DNA of 64,000 nucleotides from Candidatus Moraniibacteriota bacterium (lineage in GTDB: Bacteria > Patescibacteriota > Minisyncoccia > Moranbacterales > UBA2206), in the NCBI GenBank assembly GCA_049304095.1, contig JBAQNU010000029.1, positions 98,222 through 162,221 on the forward strand, given 5' to 3'. The position numbers and the translations under genes were made by a program. Every line of letters starts with the position of its first letter. The first letter of the stretch is position 1. The notes under the pieces were generated by a model, which was given only the letters and a program-made list of their open reading frames with translations, did no database searches and had not been told where the DNA came from. Below, piece after piece: positions 17,902 to 28,986 of this stretch.

Positions 17902-17928
17902 AAAAGACACCTCATGGTGTCTTTTTCG
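17901..17928 (+). terminator. rho-independent terminator (AGACACC-TCAT-GGTGTCT TTTTT)
   Basis: Read directly. Confidence 0.6.
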
Positions 17929-17949
17929 GTGTCTAAGTTGTGGATAAGT

Positions 17950-20394
17950 CTATAAAACTGTGGTTGCGCTCACTTTATCCCCAGCTTGTGGTCGCATAAC
18001 TCGCACTCCTTGCGTGGCACGGCCGAGGGCGGAGATGCTTTTCAAGGGAATGCGGATAATTTGACCTTTGTCGGAAGTGAGGATGAGGTCGTCTTCGAGA
18101 TTGTCGACGTTCACGATGTTGGCACCGACTAGTTTCCCCGTTTTTGTGGTCACGGATGCGGTTTTAATTCCGGATCCACCACGTTTTTGAATTTTGTAAT
18201 ATTTGATTTCTGATCGTTTTCCATAGCCATTTTCGGTGATGACTAGCAGTTGATTGCCTTTTTGACCCTTGAAAAGCACATCCATGCCTACGACGAGATC
18301 ATCTTTTTTCAGTTTGATGCCACGCACGCCAGTCGCGGAACGACCCATGGAGCGGACATCACTTTCTTTGAAGTGGATGGCTTGGCCAAGGGAAGTAGAA
18401 ATAACCACTTCGTCAGTGCCGGTGGTAGCGCTTACCCAACGCAAGGCGTCGCCCTTGTCGAGTTTTATAGCAATGAGACCAGAACGGCGCACATTTTCAA
18501 ACTCTTCCATGGTTGTTTTTTTGACTGTGCCCATTTCAGTAGCCATAAAAAGATATTTATAGCTATCGTCTTTGCTTCCGGCGATGATGGCAGTCACTTT
18601 TTCTTCTTGAGAGAGTTGCAGGAAATTGACAATTGATTGGCCTTTGGAGATGCGGGAAGATTCGGGGAGTTCATAGGCCTTGGTTTGAAAAACCTTTCCA
18701 TTGTTGGTGAAAAAGAGTAAATTGTCATGCGTCATTACGCCTAGTAGTTTTTCAATTTCGTCTCCTTCTTTAGTGGTTGCGCCAATCACGCCTTTTCCGC
18801 CCCGTTTTTGGACCTTATAGACTGTTGGGTTCATCCGTTTAATATAACCCTCTTTGGAAATGGTAATAATCGCTTCTTCGTTGGGCACCAAATCTTCTTG
18901 ACGAAATTCAGTCAGGCCGGTTTTTATGATTTTCGTGCGACGCTCGTCCCCGAATTTTTCCTTGACACGTGCCAGTTCGTCTTTGACAAGCGAGAGGATT
19001 TTCTTTTCGCTTTTGAGAATGGCTTCTAGTTCTGCGATCAGTTTCAATTTTTCAGCTAACTCGTCTTCGATTTTCTTTTGTTCCAAGCCAGATAGGGTTT
19101 GCAGTTTCATTTCAAGAATGGCGGTGGATTGACGGTCAGATAGCTTAAATTTTTTCATGAGGTTCACATGCGCCTCTTCTTTGGTTTTGGATTTTTTGAT
19201 TGTTTCAATGACAGCATCGATGTGATCAAGAGCAATTTTTAGCCCTTCGAGGATGTGGGCCCTATCTTTGGCTTTTTCCAAATCAAAACGAGTGCGACGG
19301 GTAACCACTTCTTTTCTGTGTTTAATATAATATTCAAAAATAGATTTCAAATTAAGCACAGTTGGTTCGATGCCATCAACTAATGCGAGCATATTGACGC
19401 CAAAGTTTTTTTGCAAATCAGTTAGTTCATAAAGTTTGTTCAGAACTTTTTGTGGGTAGGCGTCTTTTTTTAGTTCAATTACGAGGCGCACTCCGTCTTT
19501 GTCTGATTCGTCGCGAATGTCGCGAATACCGACAATTTTTCCTTCTTTGACAAGGTCTGCCATGCGTTCGATCATAGTGGATTTGTTGGTGGCATAGGTC
19601 ATTTCAGTCACAATAATTTGAAAAGCGCCAGCTTTAGTTTCATGGATGTCAGCTTTGGCGCGGGTGAGAATCTTTCCACGACCAGTTCTGTAAGCTTCAA
19701 TAATATCCTTTTTATTGTAGATTATTCCGCCAGTGGGGAAATCTGGGCCTTTGACAAACTCACAAAGATCTTCCACGGTGGCAGTGGGGTTGTCAATCAA
19801 ATGATCAATGCCTTCAATTAGTTCAAAGAGATTGTGTGGAGGAATATTTGTGGCCATACCAACGGCGATTCCCATTGAGCCATTTAGAAGCAATTGAGGC
19901 AAGTTGGAAGGAAGAACAGACGGTTCTTTGTGTTGTCCATCAAAGTTTGGCACAAAATCAACCGTGTTTTTTTCAATGTCTGTGAGCATTTCTTCTGCAA
20001 TGGAAGACAGTTTAGCTTCAGTATAACGATAAGCCGCGGCCGAGTCGCCGTCCATTGAGCCAAAGTTTCCTTGTCCCTTGACTAGGGGATAGCGCAAAGA
20101 AAAATCTTGCGCCATGCGCACCATTGAATCATAGACTGCCACGTCGCCGTGTGGGTGATATTTTCCCAGCACTTCTCCAACCACGGTGGCGGATTTGCGG
20201 AATTTGGCGTTAGCACGAAGGCCTGTGTTCCACATCGAGTAGAGAATTCGACGATGAACTGGCTTCATGCCGTCCCGGACATCGGGAAGCGCGCGAGCCA
20301 CAATCACACTCATGGCATAATCCAAATAGGATTGTTGAATTTCTTCGGTTATTTCGCGGGGTTGAATATTTTCCAGTTCAATTTTCATTTCCAT
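17950..20394 (-). CDS. gyrA: DNA gyrase subunit A
   Basis: Active-site region [26 protein letters not shown]. GyrA-box QRGGKG. C-terminal beta-pinwheel repeats. Confidence 0.9.
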   Translation of the reverse strand: MEMKIELENIQPREITEEIQQSYLDYAMSVIVARALPDVRDGMKPVHRRILYSMWNTGLRANAKFRKSATVVGEVLGKYHPHGDVAVYDSMVRMAQDFSLRYPLVKGQGNFGSMDGDSAAAYRYTEAKLSSIAEEMLTDIEKNTVDFVPNFDGQHKEPSVLPSNLPQLLLNGSMGIAVGMATNIPPHNLFELIEGIDHLIDNPTATVEDLCEFVKGPDFPTGGIIYNKKDIIEAYRTGRGKILTRAKADIHETKAGAFQIIVTEMTYATNKSTMIERMADLVKEGKIVGIRDIRDESDKDGVRLVIELKKDAYPQKVLNKLYELTDLQKNFGVNMLALVDGIEPTVLNLKSIFEYYIKHRKEVVTRRTRFDLEKAKDRAHILEGLKIALDHIDAVIETIKKSKTKEEAHVNLMKKFKLSDRQSTAILEMKLQTLSGLEQKKIEDELAEKLKLIAELEAILKSEKKILSLVKDELARVKEKFGDERRTKIIKTGLTEFRQEDLVPNEEAIITISKEGYIKRMNPTVYKVQKRGGKGVIGATTKEGDEIEKLLGVMTHDNLLFFTNNGKVFQTKAYELPESSRISKGQSIVNFLQLSQEEKVTAIIAGSKDDSYKYLFMATEMGTVKKTTMEEFENVRRSGLIAIKLDKGDALRWVSATTGTDEVVISTSLGQAIHFKESDVRSMGRSATGVRGIKLKKDDLVVGMDVLFKGQKGNQLLVITENGYGKRSEIKYYKIQKRGGSGIKTASVTTKTGKLVGANIVNVDNLEDDLILTSDKGQIIRIPLKSISALGRATQGVRVMRPQAGDKVSATTVL

Positions 20395-20425
20395 ATTAGT
20401 ATTGGCTTAGTGTTATTTATAAAAA

Positions 20426-20722
20426 TTAGTTTGACGGAGCGGGAGCGTTTTCAGGTTTAAAGGCTTTATTGAGGTCATCGAGGGATTTTTTTGTTTCTTT
20501 TGTGGCATCCTCGAGGGATTTTTTCTGCAACTCAAAATCATTGAGAATGGCTTGATTTTTCAGTTTTTGGGCACGATCGTCCTTTTTTGTCCCGGCGAAA
20601 AAAGAAAAAAACCAAATCAGGAGCACAAAGACGAGCGAAATGGCCATGAGCGCATAAATATAGCGCAACTTAATATGTTCCGGTTGGCGTCTAATTTCTT
20701 CGATTTTTCGCTCAATATTCAT
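20426..20722 (-). CDS. small membrane protein, hypothetical
   Basis: Single TM plus a charged coiled tail. Confidence 0.4.
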   Translation of the reverse strand: MNIERKIEEIRRQPEHIKLRYIYALMAISLVFVLLIWFFSFFAGTKKDDRAQKLKNQAILNDFELQKKSLEDATKETKKSLDDLNKAFKPENAPAPSN

Positions 20723-20733
20723 CTTGGCCTGGC

Positions 20734-21393
20734 TTATTCGATACCCATTATGACAATTTCCATATTCTTTCCTTCAAAATCCTTGCTTTTCAGATTTAGT
20801 TTTGAGGGTCTTTCTTTTACGCAATAGCCCATTTCAGCGCAGAATTTGCTTTCATCTTCAATGTCCGCCGTTGTGCCTTTCAGTTTGAAATGGATGGGGA
20901 TAATGATATTTGGTTCAATTTTTTTGATTAGTTCAATGGCTTTTTTGTGGTCAATCGTATAATTTCCACCGATAGGAATCATGAGCACATTGACCGTGCC
21001 GATTTTTTCTAGTTGTTTTTCTGTGAGGTCAGAGCCGAGATCGCCAAGATGGCAGATTTTGATTTCTTCACTATCAACGAGATAGATTGTGTTTAGGCCT
21101 TTATCTTTGCCAGCATTGGCATCGTGATATGAGGGGATACCAATAATGTTAATGCCTCGAACGGAATATTCTCCTGGCAGGTCAATGACACGTGGTTCGC
21201 CTTTGAGCGCCTCGACATTATTGTGGTCTGGATGATTGTGCGAAACTAGCACAACATCAGCTTGCCCTTGGGGTGGGCGAAGACCAATCGATTTGTCAAA
21301 CGGATCAATAAAAAGATTAACTTCTTCTTGACCACGCCCTGCGGGTTTAATGGAAATCTTAAAGCAAGAGTGGCCATAGTATTGGATATTCAT
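20734..21393 (-). CDS. metallo-beta-lactamase fold hydrolase
   Basis: VVLVSHNHPDHNN motif. Confidence 0.7.
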   Translation of the reverse strand: MNIQYYGHSCFKISIKPAGRGQEEVNLFIDPFDKSIGLRPPQGQADVVLVSHNHPDHNNVEALKGEPRVIDLPGEYSVRGINIIGIPSYHDANAGKDKGLNTIYLVDSEEIKICHLGDLGSDLTEKQLEKIGTVNVLMIPIGGNYTIDHKKAIELIKKIEPNIIIPIHFKLKGTTADIEDESKFCAEMGYCVKERPSKLNLKSKDFEGKNMEIVIMGIE

Positions 21394-21499
21394 AGTTTTT
21401 TGTTGAAAGTTGGTTAAATAATTTCGTCACAAACACGCAAAATCTAGACCAAGTCTAGTTTACTTATATATATTAGCATGAGAGAAATTGTCTGTCGAG

Positions 21500-21555
21500 T
21501 GGATAAAATAAAAAAAGCCATGTTTAGAGACTTGGCTTGAAGTCTTTTTTGTCTA
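21500..21555 (-). terminator. repeated terminator-containing element (AGACTT-CAAGCC-AAGTCT ... AGCCATGTTTAGAGACTTGGCT), copy 1
   Basis: Near-identical to 22598..22655. Confidence 0.45.
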
Positions 21556-21726
21556 CACCTCCTTTTTGGGTGTTTTGGTCAGATGGCGACCAAGGCCGTG
21601 CGAGAGATTTCGCGTGATGATCGCAATAACAGCGTGTTTCAGGCTGTTTTTTCGCATATTTTTATATGCTTCGCGAGCATCCTCTTCGGAACCATTTCTG
21701 ATTTTGTCGAAGAGCTCATCATCCAT
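21556..21726 (-). CDS. possible small ORF (57 aa) overlapping the stop of 21719..22504
   Basis: Read by hand (MDDELFDKIRNGSEEDAREAYKNMRKN...). AGGAGG-like SD. Below the size cut of the ORF track. Confidence 0.25.
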
Positions 21727-22504
21727 TTTCTATCACCTCCTTTCCGAGTAAGTATGCAATTCTTGGTGAATATTTCTCTTCAACCATTCTAATATATTTC
21801 TCATCTCTTGTCAGGAGATGGAGAAAATACATTGATCTGGCTGTTGGGCGAACGGCTAGGGTTTCCTGCGCCAGTCTGATTGCCTCTTGTTCTTCGTTCA
21901 CCAAAAGCAAATAGCTGGATAGGTTTTCTTTGGTGGCAATCATTCCTGGGCAAATCTTTTCCGCTTCGGCTAGAATCCTTATTTTGCAATAGGGATTTTT
22001 TTCCAGCCAAGCCTGGGAGATCATTCTTGAAGCTGTAACTGCTTCCCAAAAAGGAAGCGCCTTAATCTTTGGGTGAGAAACGTTCCTTTCGAATGGAATG
22101 GAAAGTGGTTCAAATTGTTTTCCATCAACGACGAGCACACTGTGTGGCTCCTCATACATCAGGAGCTCCTCGAAAAAGGAATCTGGCTGGTCAGGGTTTC
22201 CCCGAAGCATATCCAAAAGGATATTGCGAAAAAAATCCTCCAGTACTTCGCCAAACATGATTTTGGCATTCGGGAATTCTTTTTCCACAACCGCTCCGGC
22301 TTGAGCCACCTTTCCCAGACAACCGCGATTATCTAGGCTCAGGTTGTAATTTGCAATCTGGTGCTGGTCGATACTTTGACCAGTGGAAAAATCAAAAGGG
22401 AAATTTTTCAGTAGCGCAAACGCGGCGCTGAAATTTTTTTCATATTTTTTTCCTTCGACTAGTCTGTGAGCGATTTCCCGGACTTCCTGAACTATTTTTA
22501 ACAT
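21719..22504 (-). CDS. hypothetical protein
   Basis: ORF only. Confidence 0.4.
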   Translation of the reverse strand: MLKIVQEVREIAHRLVEGKKYEKNFSAAFALLKNFPFDFSTGQSIDQHQIANYNLSLDNRGCLGKVAQAGAVVEKEFPNAKIMFGEVLEDFFRNILLDMLRGNPDQPDSFFEELLMYEEPHSVLVVDGKQFEPLSIPFERNVSHPKIKALPFWEAVTASRMISQAWLEKNPYCKIRILAEAEKICPGMIATKENLSSYLLLVNEEQEAIRLAQETLAVRPTARSMYFLHLLTRDEKYIRMVEEKYSPRIAYLLGKEVIENG

Positions 22505-22597
22505 ACCGCACCCCCTTCGTTGAATTTTGTAGGAACTTCAAAGCCAAGGCTTCGACTCAATATGGTAGCATTATTTGTTTGGATTGTCCAGCCAGTA

Positions 22598-22655
22598 AAA
22601 TAAAAAAAGCCATGTTTAGAGACTTGGCTTAAAGTCTTTTTGTTTACAATTCCTT
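22598..22655 (-). terminator. repeated terminator-containing element, copy 2
   Basis: Near-identical to 21500..21555. Immediately downstream of 22678..23094(-). Confidence 0.45.
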
Positions 22656-22677
22656 TTAAGCTTGTAAAGTGTTATTT

Positions 22678-23094
22678 TTAAACCTCAAGTTCGTTTTCTC
22701 CGAATCCGAAGCGAATGAAAAGTTTTCCTTCTGCTTTTCGTATAGAGGTTACTTTTGTAGACATGCGAAACCCAATCACTCCGTCATGGGTGGTTCTATA
22801 CAGACACATCCCGTACCGATCTCCAATGACACGAGGGTCGTTTCCTGATAAATCTACAACAACCGCGAACCTTGTGGAATAGTCTTCGGTTGATCCTCCA
22901 GATCTTCCACTAAAACAATTGGTGGACCATGCTTGTTTTGCAACAACCATGATGTCATCTTCTCTGCTCACTTGATACATACCGCCGTTGTCGGTGCCGA
23001 ATAATCCCCTGACAAATGCTGCGGTTGCAGTGTCTGTCAGTTTTTCTGCGGCACTTTCCAAGTCCGCCAATCTTACTTGTTCCGATGTTTCCAT
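22678..23094 (-). CDS. hypothetical protein (variable cargo of module 3), GC-rich
   Basis: ORF with a GAGGAG SD. Follows the conserved hairpins. Confidence 0.4.
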   Translation of the reverse strand: METSEQVRLADLESAAEKLTDTATAAFVRGLFGTDNGGMYQVSREDDIMVVAKQAWSTNCFSGRSGGSTEDYSTRFAVVVDLSGNDPRVIGDRYGMCLYRTTHDGVIGFRMSTKVTSIRKAEGKLFIRFGFGENELEV

Positions 23095-23133
23095 CTTTTA
23101 TCTCCTCATTCTAAGTTTTTAAATAACCAGCCT

Positions 23134-23186
23134 ATCTAACCAATTTAGATAAACTCTAGAAAAGACAGAAAACATTTCTGTCTCCA
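23134..23186 (-). promoter_or_regulatory. paired conserved hairpins after small ORF (copy 3)
   Basis: TATCTAACCAATTTAGATA and AGACAGAAAACATTTCTGTCT. Confidence 0.45.
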
Positions 23187-23194
23187 GCTAGAAC

Positions 23195-23398
23195 CTATAT
23201 TGTGATTTCTTGTTCAACTACGACTTCCTTCTCTTTTTTCCATTTTCCCTTATACTCAGAAATATAATATTGCTCTTTTTTCTTTTCTACTTCTTCTTTA
23301 GAGGGAAGCTTCCAGAACTGATTGAGATACTTTCTGGTTTTTTCCGATACAGCTGGAGCATTTTCAATTATGGTTCCATTATTCAAAAGCATTTTCAT
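23195..23398 (-). CDS. conserved small protein (67 aa), copy 3
   Basis: Near-identical to 5766..5969. Confidence 0.55.
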   Translation of the reverse strand: MKMLLNNGTIIENAPAVSEKTRKYLNQFWKLPSKEEVEKKKEQYYISEYKGKWKKEKEVVVEQEITI

Positions 23399-23478
23399 AG
23401 ATTCTTGGTTAATGGTTAGTTTTGTTAAGATTAGCCTTGGCTTTTTTGGCTTTTTATCTTAACAACGTAGTATACACC
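23399..23478 (-). promoter_or_regulatory. conserved 5-prime leader, copy 3 (with a 9-bp AAAAAAGCC duplication)
   Basis: Reverse complement matches the copy 2 leader. Confidence 0.5.
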
Positions 23479-23656
23479 AATTTAAGCTAATCGTCAACAA
23501 ATATGCCTAAAAATGGTGGAAATAATCTACTAAAAATAGTCATATTAAGCTTAAAATAAAGCAACAAGTATTTTGATAACAGAATAGTTGTCAAAAACGT
23601 TGACTATTATGCTAAATCGTGCTAAAATAGGAACATAAGCAATAAATCGCGCAATT

Positions 23657-24436
23657 ATGGAACATTTGATTGAACCACTGAAAAACTTAGGACTAAGCGA
23701 AAAAGAAGTGCTGGTCTATCTGGCATTACTTCAACTTGGCTCAGCGACGCCCTATCAGGTTGCCAAAAAATCGGGGATTAAAAGGCCAACAGCCTATGTG
23801 ATTGCGGAAGAATTGGTAAAAAAAGGTTTGGTTGTGCATATTCCTGGCGAAGAAAAAAAGCGCTATATTGCCAAAAACCCGGATGCTTTTTTTGAAGAGC
23901 AAGAAGAAAAACTGGCAATGGCGAGAAAAATCTTGCCAGAACTGCGCTCATATCAGAAAAATGTGGCGGAAAAACCGAGCATATTGTATTTCGAAGGGCT
24001 TGAGGGATTGCATCAAGCCTATGAGTATCGGCAGAAAGAGCTGCATGGAAGGGAGATCGTGGGATTTTTTGCATCTAATGAGGACTCAACGCCTGAAGTG
24101 ACGCAGTATTTTGTGAAATGGAATGAATATCGAGAAAAACATAATACGCCGGTGCGGGGAATTACAGTCGATGCGCCGGAGCTTTTGCCTTATGCTAAAT
24201 TTTTTGGAGAAGGCGTGGGAGCTATGACACTTAAATTTTTGCCTCGCAATATGTATGGTTCTAAAATTTCCATCGAATCTTGTGATAATCAATTTGTGCG
24301 CATATTCCTTTTTGAAAGCGTGGAAACGCTAATTATTGAGTCGCCAAAATTTGCAGTGGCCGTAAAAGAAATCTTTGAATTAGTCTGGAAATCGACGGAG
24401 GGGAAATATGAAAAGCCGGCGACGTGGGTTAGGTAG
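23657..24436 (+). CDS. TrmB-like HTH transcriptional regulator (paralog 4)
   Basis: LGLSEKEVLVYLALLQLGSATPYQVAKKSGIKRPTAY. Confidence 0.6.
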   Translation: MEHLIEPLKNLGLSEKEVLVYLALLQLGSATPYQVAKKSGIKRPTAYVIAEELVKKGLVVHIPGEEKKRYIAKNPDAFFEEQEEKLAMARKILPELRSYQKNVAEKPSILYFEGLEGLHQAYEYRQKELHGREIVGFFASNEDSTPEVTQYFVKWNEYREKHNTPVRGITVDAPELLPYAKFFGEGVGAMTLKFLPRNMYGSKISIESCDNQFVRIFLFESVETLIIESPKFAVAVKEIFELVWKSTEGKYEKPATWVR

Positions 24437-24481
24437 AAATCAAAATTCGCCATTTCCTTTATTTTTTGCTAGACTAGCGGT

Positions 24482-25972
24482 ATGCAAAAAGAAAAAAAGT
24501 TAAATTTTGATATCCCTGCGCATATCCTTTTGGTGATGGAGAAATTGGAAGTAGCGGGATTTGAGGCGTATGTCGTGGGTGGTTGCGTGCGGGATTTGTT
24601 ATTGGGAAAAGCGCCAAAAGATTGGGACGTGGCGACCAATGGGAAACCAGAAGAGGTGCAAGAAATTTTCCCTGATAGCGTCTATGAAAATGAATTTGGA
24701 ACTGTTGGGATTAAAATCAGAAATCAAGACGCAGACGAAAAAGAAATTGTTGAAGTGGTTGAGGTGACGACATATCGCATTGAGTCAAAGTATTCAGATA
24801 AACGGCATCCAGATGCGGTGAAATTTGCAAAGACTCTCGAGGAAGATTTGTCTAGGCGCGATTTTACGATTAATGCGTTGGCGATCAAAAATCAAAAAGA
24901 GAATTTTGAGCTAGTAGATTTATTCTCTGGGCAAGATGATTTGAAAAATAAATTGATTCGGGCGGTGGGGGATGCTAACGAAAGATTTAATGAAGATGCT
25001 CTGCGTATGATGCGGGCGGTTCGGTTTTCGGTAACGCTGGGTTTTGCGATTGAAGAAAAAACATTTTTGGCAATTAGGAAAAATGCTGAGAATTTAAAAC
25101 ATATTTCACCTGAGCGAATCCGGGATGAATTTGTAAAAATTATTTTATCACCAACGCCAGCGAAGGGAATTGAACTTCTGCAAGAAACGGGAATTCTCCA
25201 AATAATTTTGCCGGAAATTGAAAGTGGCATTGGTGTGACGCAAAGTCATCATCATTATTATGGACCATACAATACCGTTTACAAACATCTCGTGGCATCA
25301 TTGGAAAAATGTCCATCGCCGAAGTTGGAAGTGCGCTTGGCGGCACTTCTGCATGATGTGGGAAAGCCGAAATCTAAACGCGGCGAAGGCGAAAATGCCA
25401 CGTTCTATAACCATGAATATATTGGAGAAAAATTAACCAAAAATATTTTGGAGCGCTTGCGTTTTTCGCGGCGCGTAATTGACAAAGTGACGTTACTCGT
25501 GCGCAATCACATGTTCTATTATAACGTCGATGAAGTCGGCGAAGCAGGTGTGCGGAGAGTTGTGCAAAAAATTGGCTTGGAAAATATCACAGATCTAATT
25601 GATGTGCGTATTGCTGACCGGCTCGGTAGTGGTGTGCCAAAAGCAGTGCCCTATAAACTCAGACACTTTCAGTTTATGGTAGAAAAAGTTTCGCATGATC
25701 CAATCTCAGTGAAACAGTTAAAGTTAAACGGCAATGATTTAATGACCGAACTTAGTGTGGAACCAGGACCAAAGATCGGGGCAATTTTGGCCGTGCTTCT
25801 TTCGCAAGTTATTGATGAGCCGAAACTGAATGAAAAGAAAAAGCTGTTGGCGCTGGCAAAAAAATTAGCAAAAAGCAAAGTCGAAGATCTGCGCAAGATG
25901 GCGGAAGATAAAATTAAGGCTGAGCAGAAAAAAGAAGAGGAACTGATCAAAAAAAAGCATAGGGTTTCGTGA
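24482..25972 (+). CDS. cca: CCA-adding tRNA nucleotidyltransferase (class II NTase head plus HD domain)
   Basis: GGCVRDLLLG...DWDVAT head motif. LLHDVGKP HD motif. Confidence 0.75.
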   Translation: MQKEKKLNFDIPAHILLVMEKLEVAGFEAYVVGGCVRDLLLGKAPKDWDVATNGKPEEVQEIFPDSVYENEFGTVGIKIRNQDADEKEIVEVVEVTTYRIESKYSDKRHPDAVKFAKTLEEDLSRRDFTINALAIKNQKENFELVDLFSGQDDLKNKLIRAVGDANERFNEDALRMMRAVRFSVTLGFAIEEKTFLAIRKNAENLKHISPERIRDEFVKIILSPTPAKGIELLQETGILQIILPEIESGIGVTQSHHHYYGPYNTVYKHLVASLEKCPSPKLEVRLAALLHDVGKPKSKRGEGENATFYNHEYIGEKLTKNILERLRFSRRVIDKVTLLVRNHMFYYNVDEVGEAGVRRVVQKIGLENITDLIDVRIADRLGSGVPKAVPYKLRHFQFMVEKVSHDPISVKQLKLNGNDLMTELSVEPGPKIGAILAVLLSQVIDEPKLNEKKKLLALAKKLAKSKVEDLRKMAEDKIKAEQKKEEELIKKKHRVS

Positions 25973-25993
25973 AATTTTTTTAAAATAAAATCA

Positions 25994-26659
25994 ATGGCTT
26001 CTCAAATCGCGCATATTGTTTATGCGAAAAAATATTTTGAGTCGATTGATAACGGAAAGACCGATCCGGATTTTTTGGATGAAACAAAAATACTTGGGGC
26101 GCAAAAAATTAATCGTGATGAGTTTATTCTTGGTGTTGTTTTTCCAGATATCAGAAGGATTGAGCCAAGCATCAAAAGAGGGGAAACGCATTTGAAATTT
26201 CCGGTGGTCAATTTGGATTTTTCAGGTCTCACCTCCTTTGAAGCTGGTTGGAAATTTCATCTCTATTGTGATATGCGTCGAGAAGAACTTCTTAATAAAC
26301 GTAGTTTCTATGAGCTAGAAAATACAGAAAAATTGGCGCATATGCCGGCAAAGCTCTTGGAAGATGAGCTTCTATATGACAGTTATAATAATTGGGAAAA
26401 ATTAGTGAGCTATTTTCGCAATCCGCCGCTAATTGAGCTGGGTACTTTAGTTGATAGAAAGACCTTTGTTTTGTGGTATGCAATTTTGGCTAAATATATT
26501 GAAGAAAAAGTAACCATAAAAACGATGCGTGTTTTTCTCTCTAAGCAACCTAAATTTGTCAAAGAGATAGATACTCTGATAGAAACTGTCATAGCACTTA
26601 AGAAAAATAGTTTAATAGGGAAAACTCTAGTAACGGTTAAAGATGAAATTATTAAATAA
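25994..26659 (+). CDS. hypothetical protein
   Basis: ORF only. Confidence 0.4.
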   Translation: MASQIAHIVYAKKYFESIDNGKTDPDFLDETKILGAQKINRDEFILGVVFPDIRRIEPSIKRGETHLKFPVVNLDFSGLTSFEAGWKFHLYCDMRREELLNKRSFYELENTEKLAHMPAKLLEDELLYDSYNNWEKLVSYFRNPPLIELGTLVDRKTFVLWYAILAKYIEEKVTIKTMRVFLSKQPKFVKEIDTLIETVIALKKNSLIGKTLVTVKDEIIK

Positions 26660-26669
26660 CTACAAAATT

Positions 26670-28340
26670 ATGAAAACAGACATTCAAATTGCAAAAGAGT
26701 CAAAGATGGAACCGATCGAAAGTGTGGCGGATAAAATTGGTCTTGCGAAAAGTGATCTGGAATTGTATGGAGACCATAAAGCTAAACTGAAACCACAGCT
26801 ATGGGAAAAAATTAAAAAGCAAAAAAATGGAAAGCTAATTTTGGTGACAGCAATCAGCCCAACTCCTGCCGGAGAGGGAAAAACGACGACTTCGATAGGC
26901 CTCGCAATGGCGATGAATCGGTTGGGAAAAAAAACAATGCTGGCTCTGCGCGAGCCGTCACTTGGACCGTGCATGGGCGTGAAGGGTGGTGCGGCTGGTG
27001 GAGGATACGCGCAGGTGATGCCGATGGAAGAAATCAATTTGCATTTTACGGGCGATTCGCATGCGATTACCACTGCCAATAATTTACTCTCGGCCATTAT
27101 TGATAATCACATTTTTCAAGGCAACGAGTTGCAAATTGACGCGCGGCAAATTCTGTGGAAGCGGGCAATGGATCTCAATGACCGGACGTTGCGAAGCATG
27201 GTGGTTGGCTTGGGTGGAAAATCACAGGGCGTGCCACGGGAAGAAAGTTTTAATATTACCGTTGCATCAGAGATTATGGCCATTCTTTGTCTTAGTGATA
27301 ATTTAGCCGATCTCAAAAAACGATTAGGAAATATTTTGGTGGCTTATACTTTTTCTGGTGAACCGGTTTATGCGCGTTCTCTGAAAGTTGTCGGAGCGCT
27401 CACAGCAATTCTGAAAGACGCGCTCAAGCCAAATCTTGTGCAAACATTGGAACATACGCCAGCCATTATTCATGGCGGACCGTTTGCCAACATTGCACAC
27501 GGATGCAACAGTATTTTGGCAACACGCTATGGATTAAAATTGGGTGACTATCTCGTGACAGAAGCCGGTTTTGGCGCAGATCTTGGAGCGGAGAAATTTT
27601 TCAATATCAAGTGTCGCGTCGCGGGACTGAAGCCGGATGCGGTCGTGATTGTGGCGACAGTGCGGGCACTGAAATATTCTGGTGGAATGGAGAAAGAAGC
27701 TCTTGTGATGCCAAGTCTACCGCACCTTAAAAAAGGTTTTGCTAATCTGGAAAAACATGTGGAAAATTTGAAAAAATTTGGCGTGCCGGTGGTGGTCGCT
27801 GTAAATGTTTTTCCGACTGATACGCAAAAAGAATTGAAATTGCTCGAACAGATGGTGAAGAAGCTGGGCGCTGCCTACGCGCTTTCGCACGTTTGGGAAA
27901 GGGGCGGAGCAGGTGGAGAAGATTTAGCCGAAGTTGTTTTGGAAACGCTGGCCAAGAAAAAAGCGAATTTCAAAGTGCTCTATTCTGAGCAGTCGCATAT
28001 CAAAGTGAAAATTGAAACTATCGCGCAAAAAATTTATGGCGCGAAAAATGTGGAGTTCAGCGCCAAAGCCCAAAAACAAATGGAAAAATTAGAAAAAGAT
28101 AAATTGGACAAATTACCAATCTGCATCGCGAAAACCCAATATTCTTTTTCCGATGATCCAAAACTCTTGGGACGACCGAAGGGCTTTACTTTGAACATTC
28201 GAGAACTGAGAATTTCCAACGGCGCCGGATTCATCGTGGCAATCGCCGGAGAAATTATGACCATGCCAGGACTACCAAAAGTGCCTGCAGCGGAAAAGAT
28301 TGATGTGAGTGAAGATGGGGAGATTGAGGGGTTGTTTTAG
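26670..28340 (+). CDS. fhs: formate--tetrahydrofolate ligase
   Basis: [15 protein letters not shown] and the rest of the Fhs signature. Start at the internal ATG to avoid overlap. Confidence 0.9.
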   Translation: MKTDIQIAKESKMEPIESVADKIGLAKSDLELYGDHKAKLKPQLWEKIKKQKNGKLILVTAISPTPAGEGKTTTSIGLAMAMNRLGKKTMLALREPSLGPCMGVKGGAAGGGYAQVMPMEEINLHFTGDSHAITTANNLLSAIIDNHIFQGNELQIDARQILWKRAMDLNDRTLRSMVVGLGGKSQGVPREESFNITVASEIMAILCLSDNLADLKKRLGNILVAYTFSGEPVYARSLKVVGALTAILKDALKPNLVQTLEHTPAIIHGGPFANIAHGCNSILATRYGLKLGDYLVTEAGFGADLGAEKFFNIKCRVAGLKPDAVVIVATVRALKYSGGMEKEALVMPSLPHLKKGFANLEKHVENLKKFGVPVVVAVNVFPTDTQKELKLLEQMVKKLGAAYALSHVWERGGAGGEDLAEVVLETLAKKKANFKVLYSEQSHIKVKIETIAQKIYGAKNVEFSAKAQKQMEKLEKDKLDKLPICIAKTQYSFSDDPKLLGRPKGFTLNIRELRISNGAGFIVAIAGEIMTMPGLPKVPAAEKIDVSEDGEIEGLF

Positions 28341-28716
28341 AATATACTATTGACAGTAACAGATCTATTATGTAAAGTGTAAGCAATGATTGTGTGAAAG
28401 CCTCCCTTTGTAACACTGGCCCTAGTGTTTGGCGGTGGGTCACTTTTTACAGGTGGCATGGTCGATCGAAGCATGATCGCGGGAGACGAGAGGGCTTCAT
28501 TATAAACCCAGACCGATAGCTAAGGTTAGTTAGGAGGTATTTCGCCTGGTGCGAAGTCTAGAACCGAAGCTTCGGGTGCTCAGTAACGGCGCGGTAGCGC
28601 AATCATTTTCTCAAAGGCCCTGCTCTATAAATTAGTGCGGGTCTTGTTCTTTTATTAGTGTAAGTTGAAGTTAAAATTAACTTTGATTATCCACGAAAAA
28701 CAATGGGAGGAGATTA

Positions 28717-28916
28717 TGAAAAAATTTGTGGGGTATAGTTTGGCAAGTTCTTATGTGGATGGTTCGGATGTTCGCATAGACAAGATGGATGGGACATCTG
28801 TTATTATCATTGGTGATTCCTTTGATATTTCAAAAGATCCAGTAATCGGAAAAACAAGGGACGGCGCGGATGTAGAAATCTATGAAGCCGACATAGATAA
28901 TGTTGTTCGCATCTAG
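28717..28916 (+). CDS. small hypothetical protein
   Basis: ATG preceded by a GGGAGGAG SD. Confidence 0.3.
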
Positions 28917-28986
28917 TCTCTCAAAGAAAGTGTGTGTACCCTCTTGTCTGATTAAATTCGGCCAAGAGGTATTTTTTTTGAAAATT

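Noticed and set aside
28341-28716. RNase P RNA, tmRNA, SRP RNA or 6S RNA in the long non-coding stretch
   Set aside because: The universally conserved motifs (P4 AGGAAAGUCCGGGC…, the tmRNA tRNA-like ends, the SRP GGAAGCAGCC loop) are not present by eye. Left as an unclassified ncRNA candidate.
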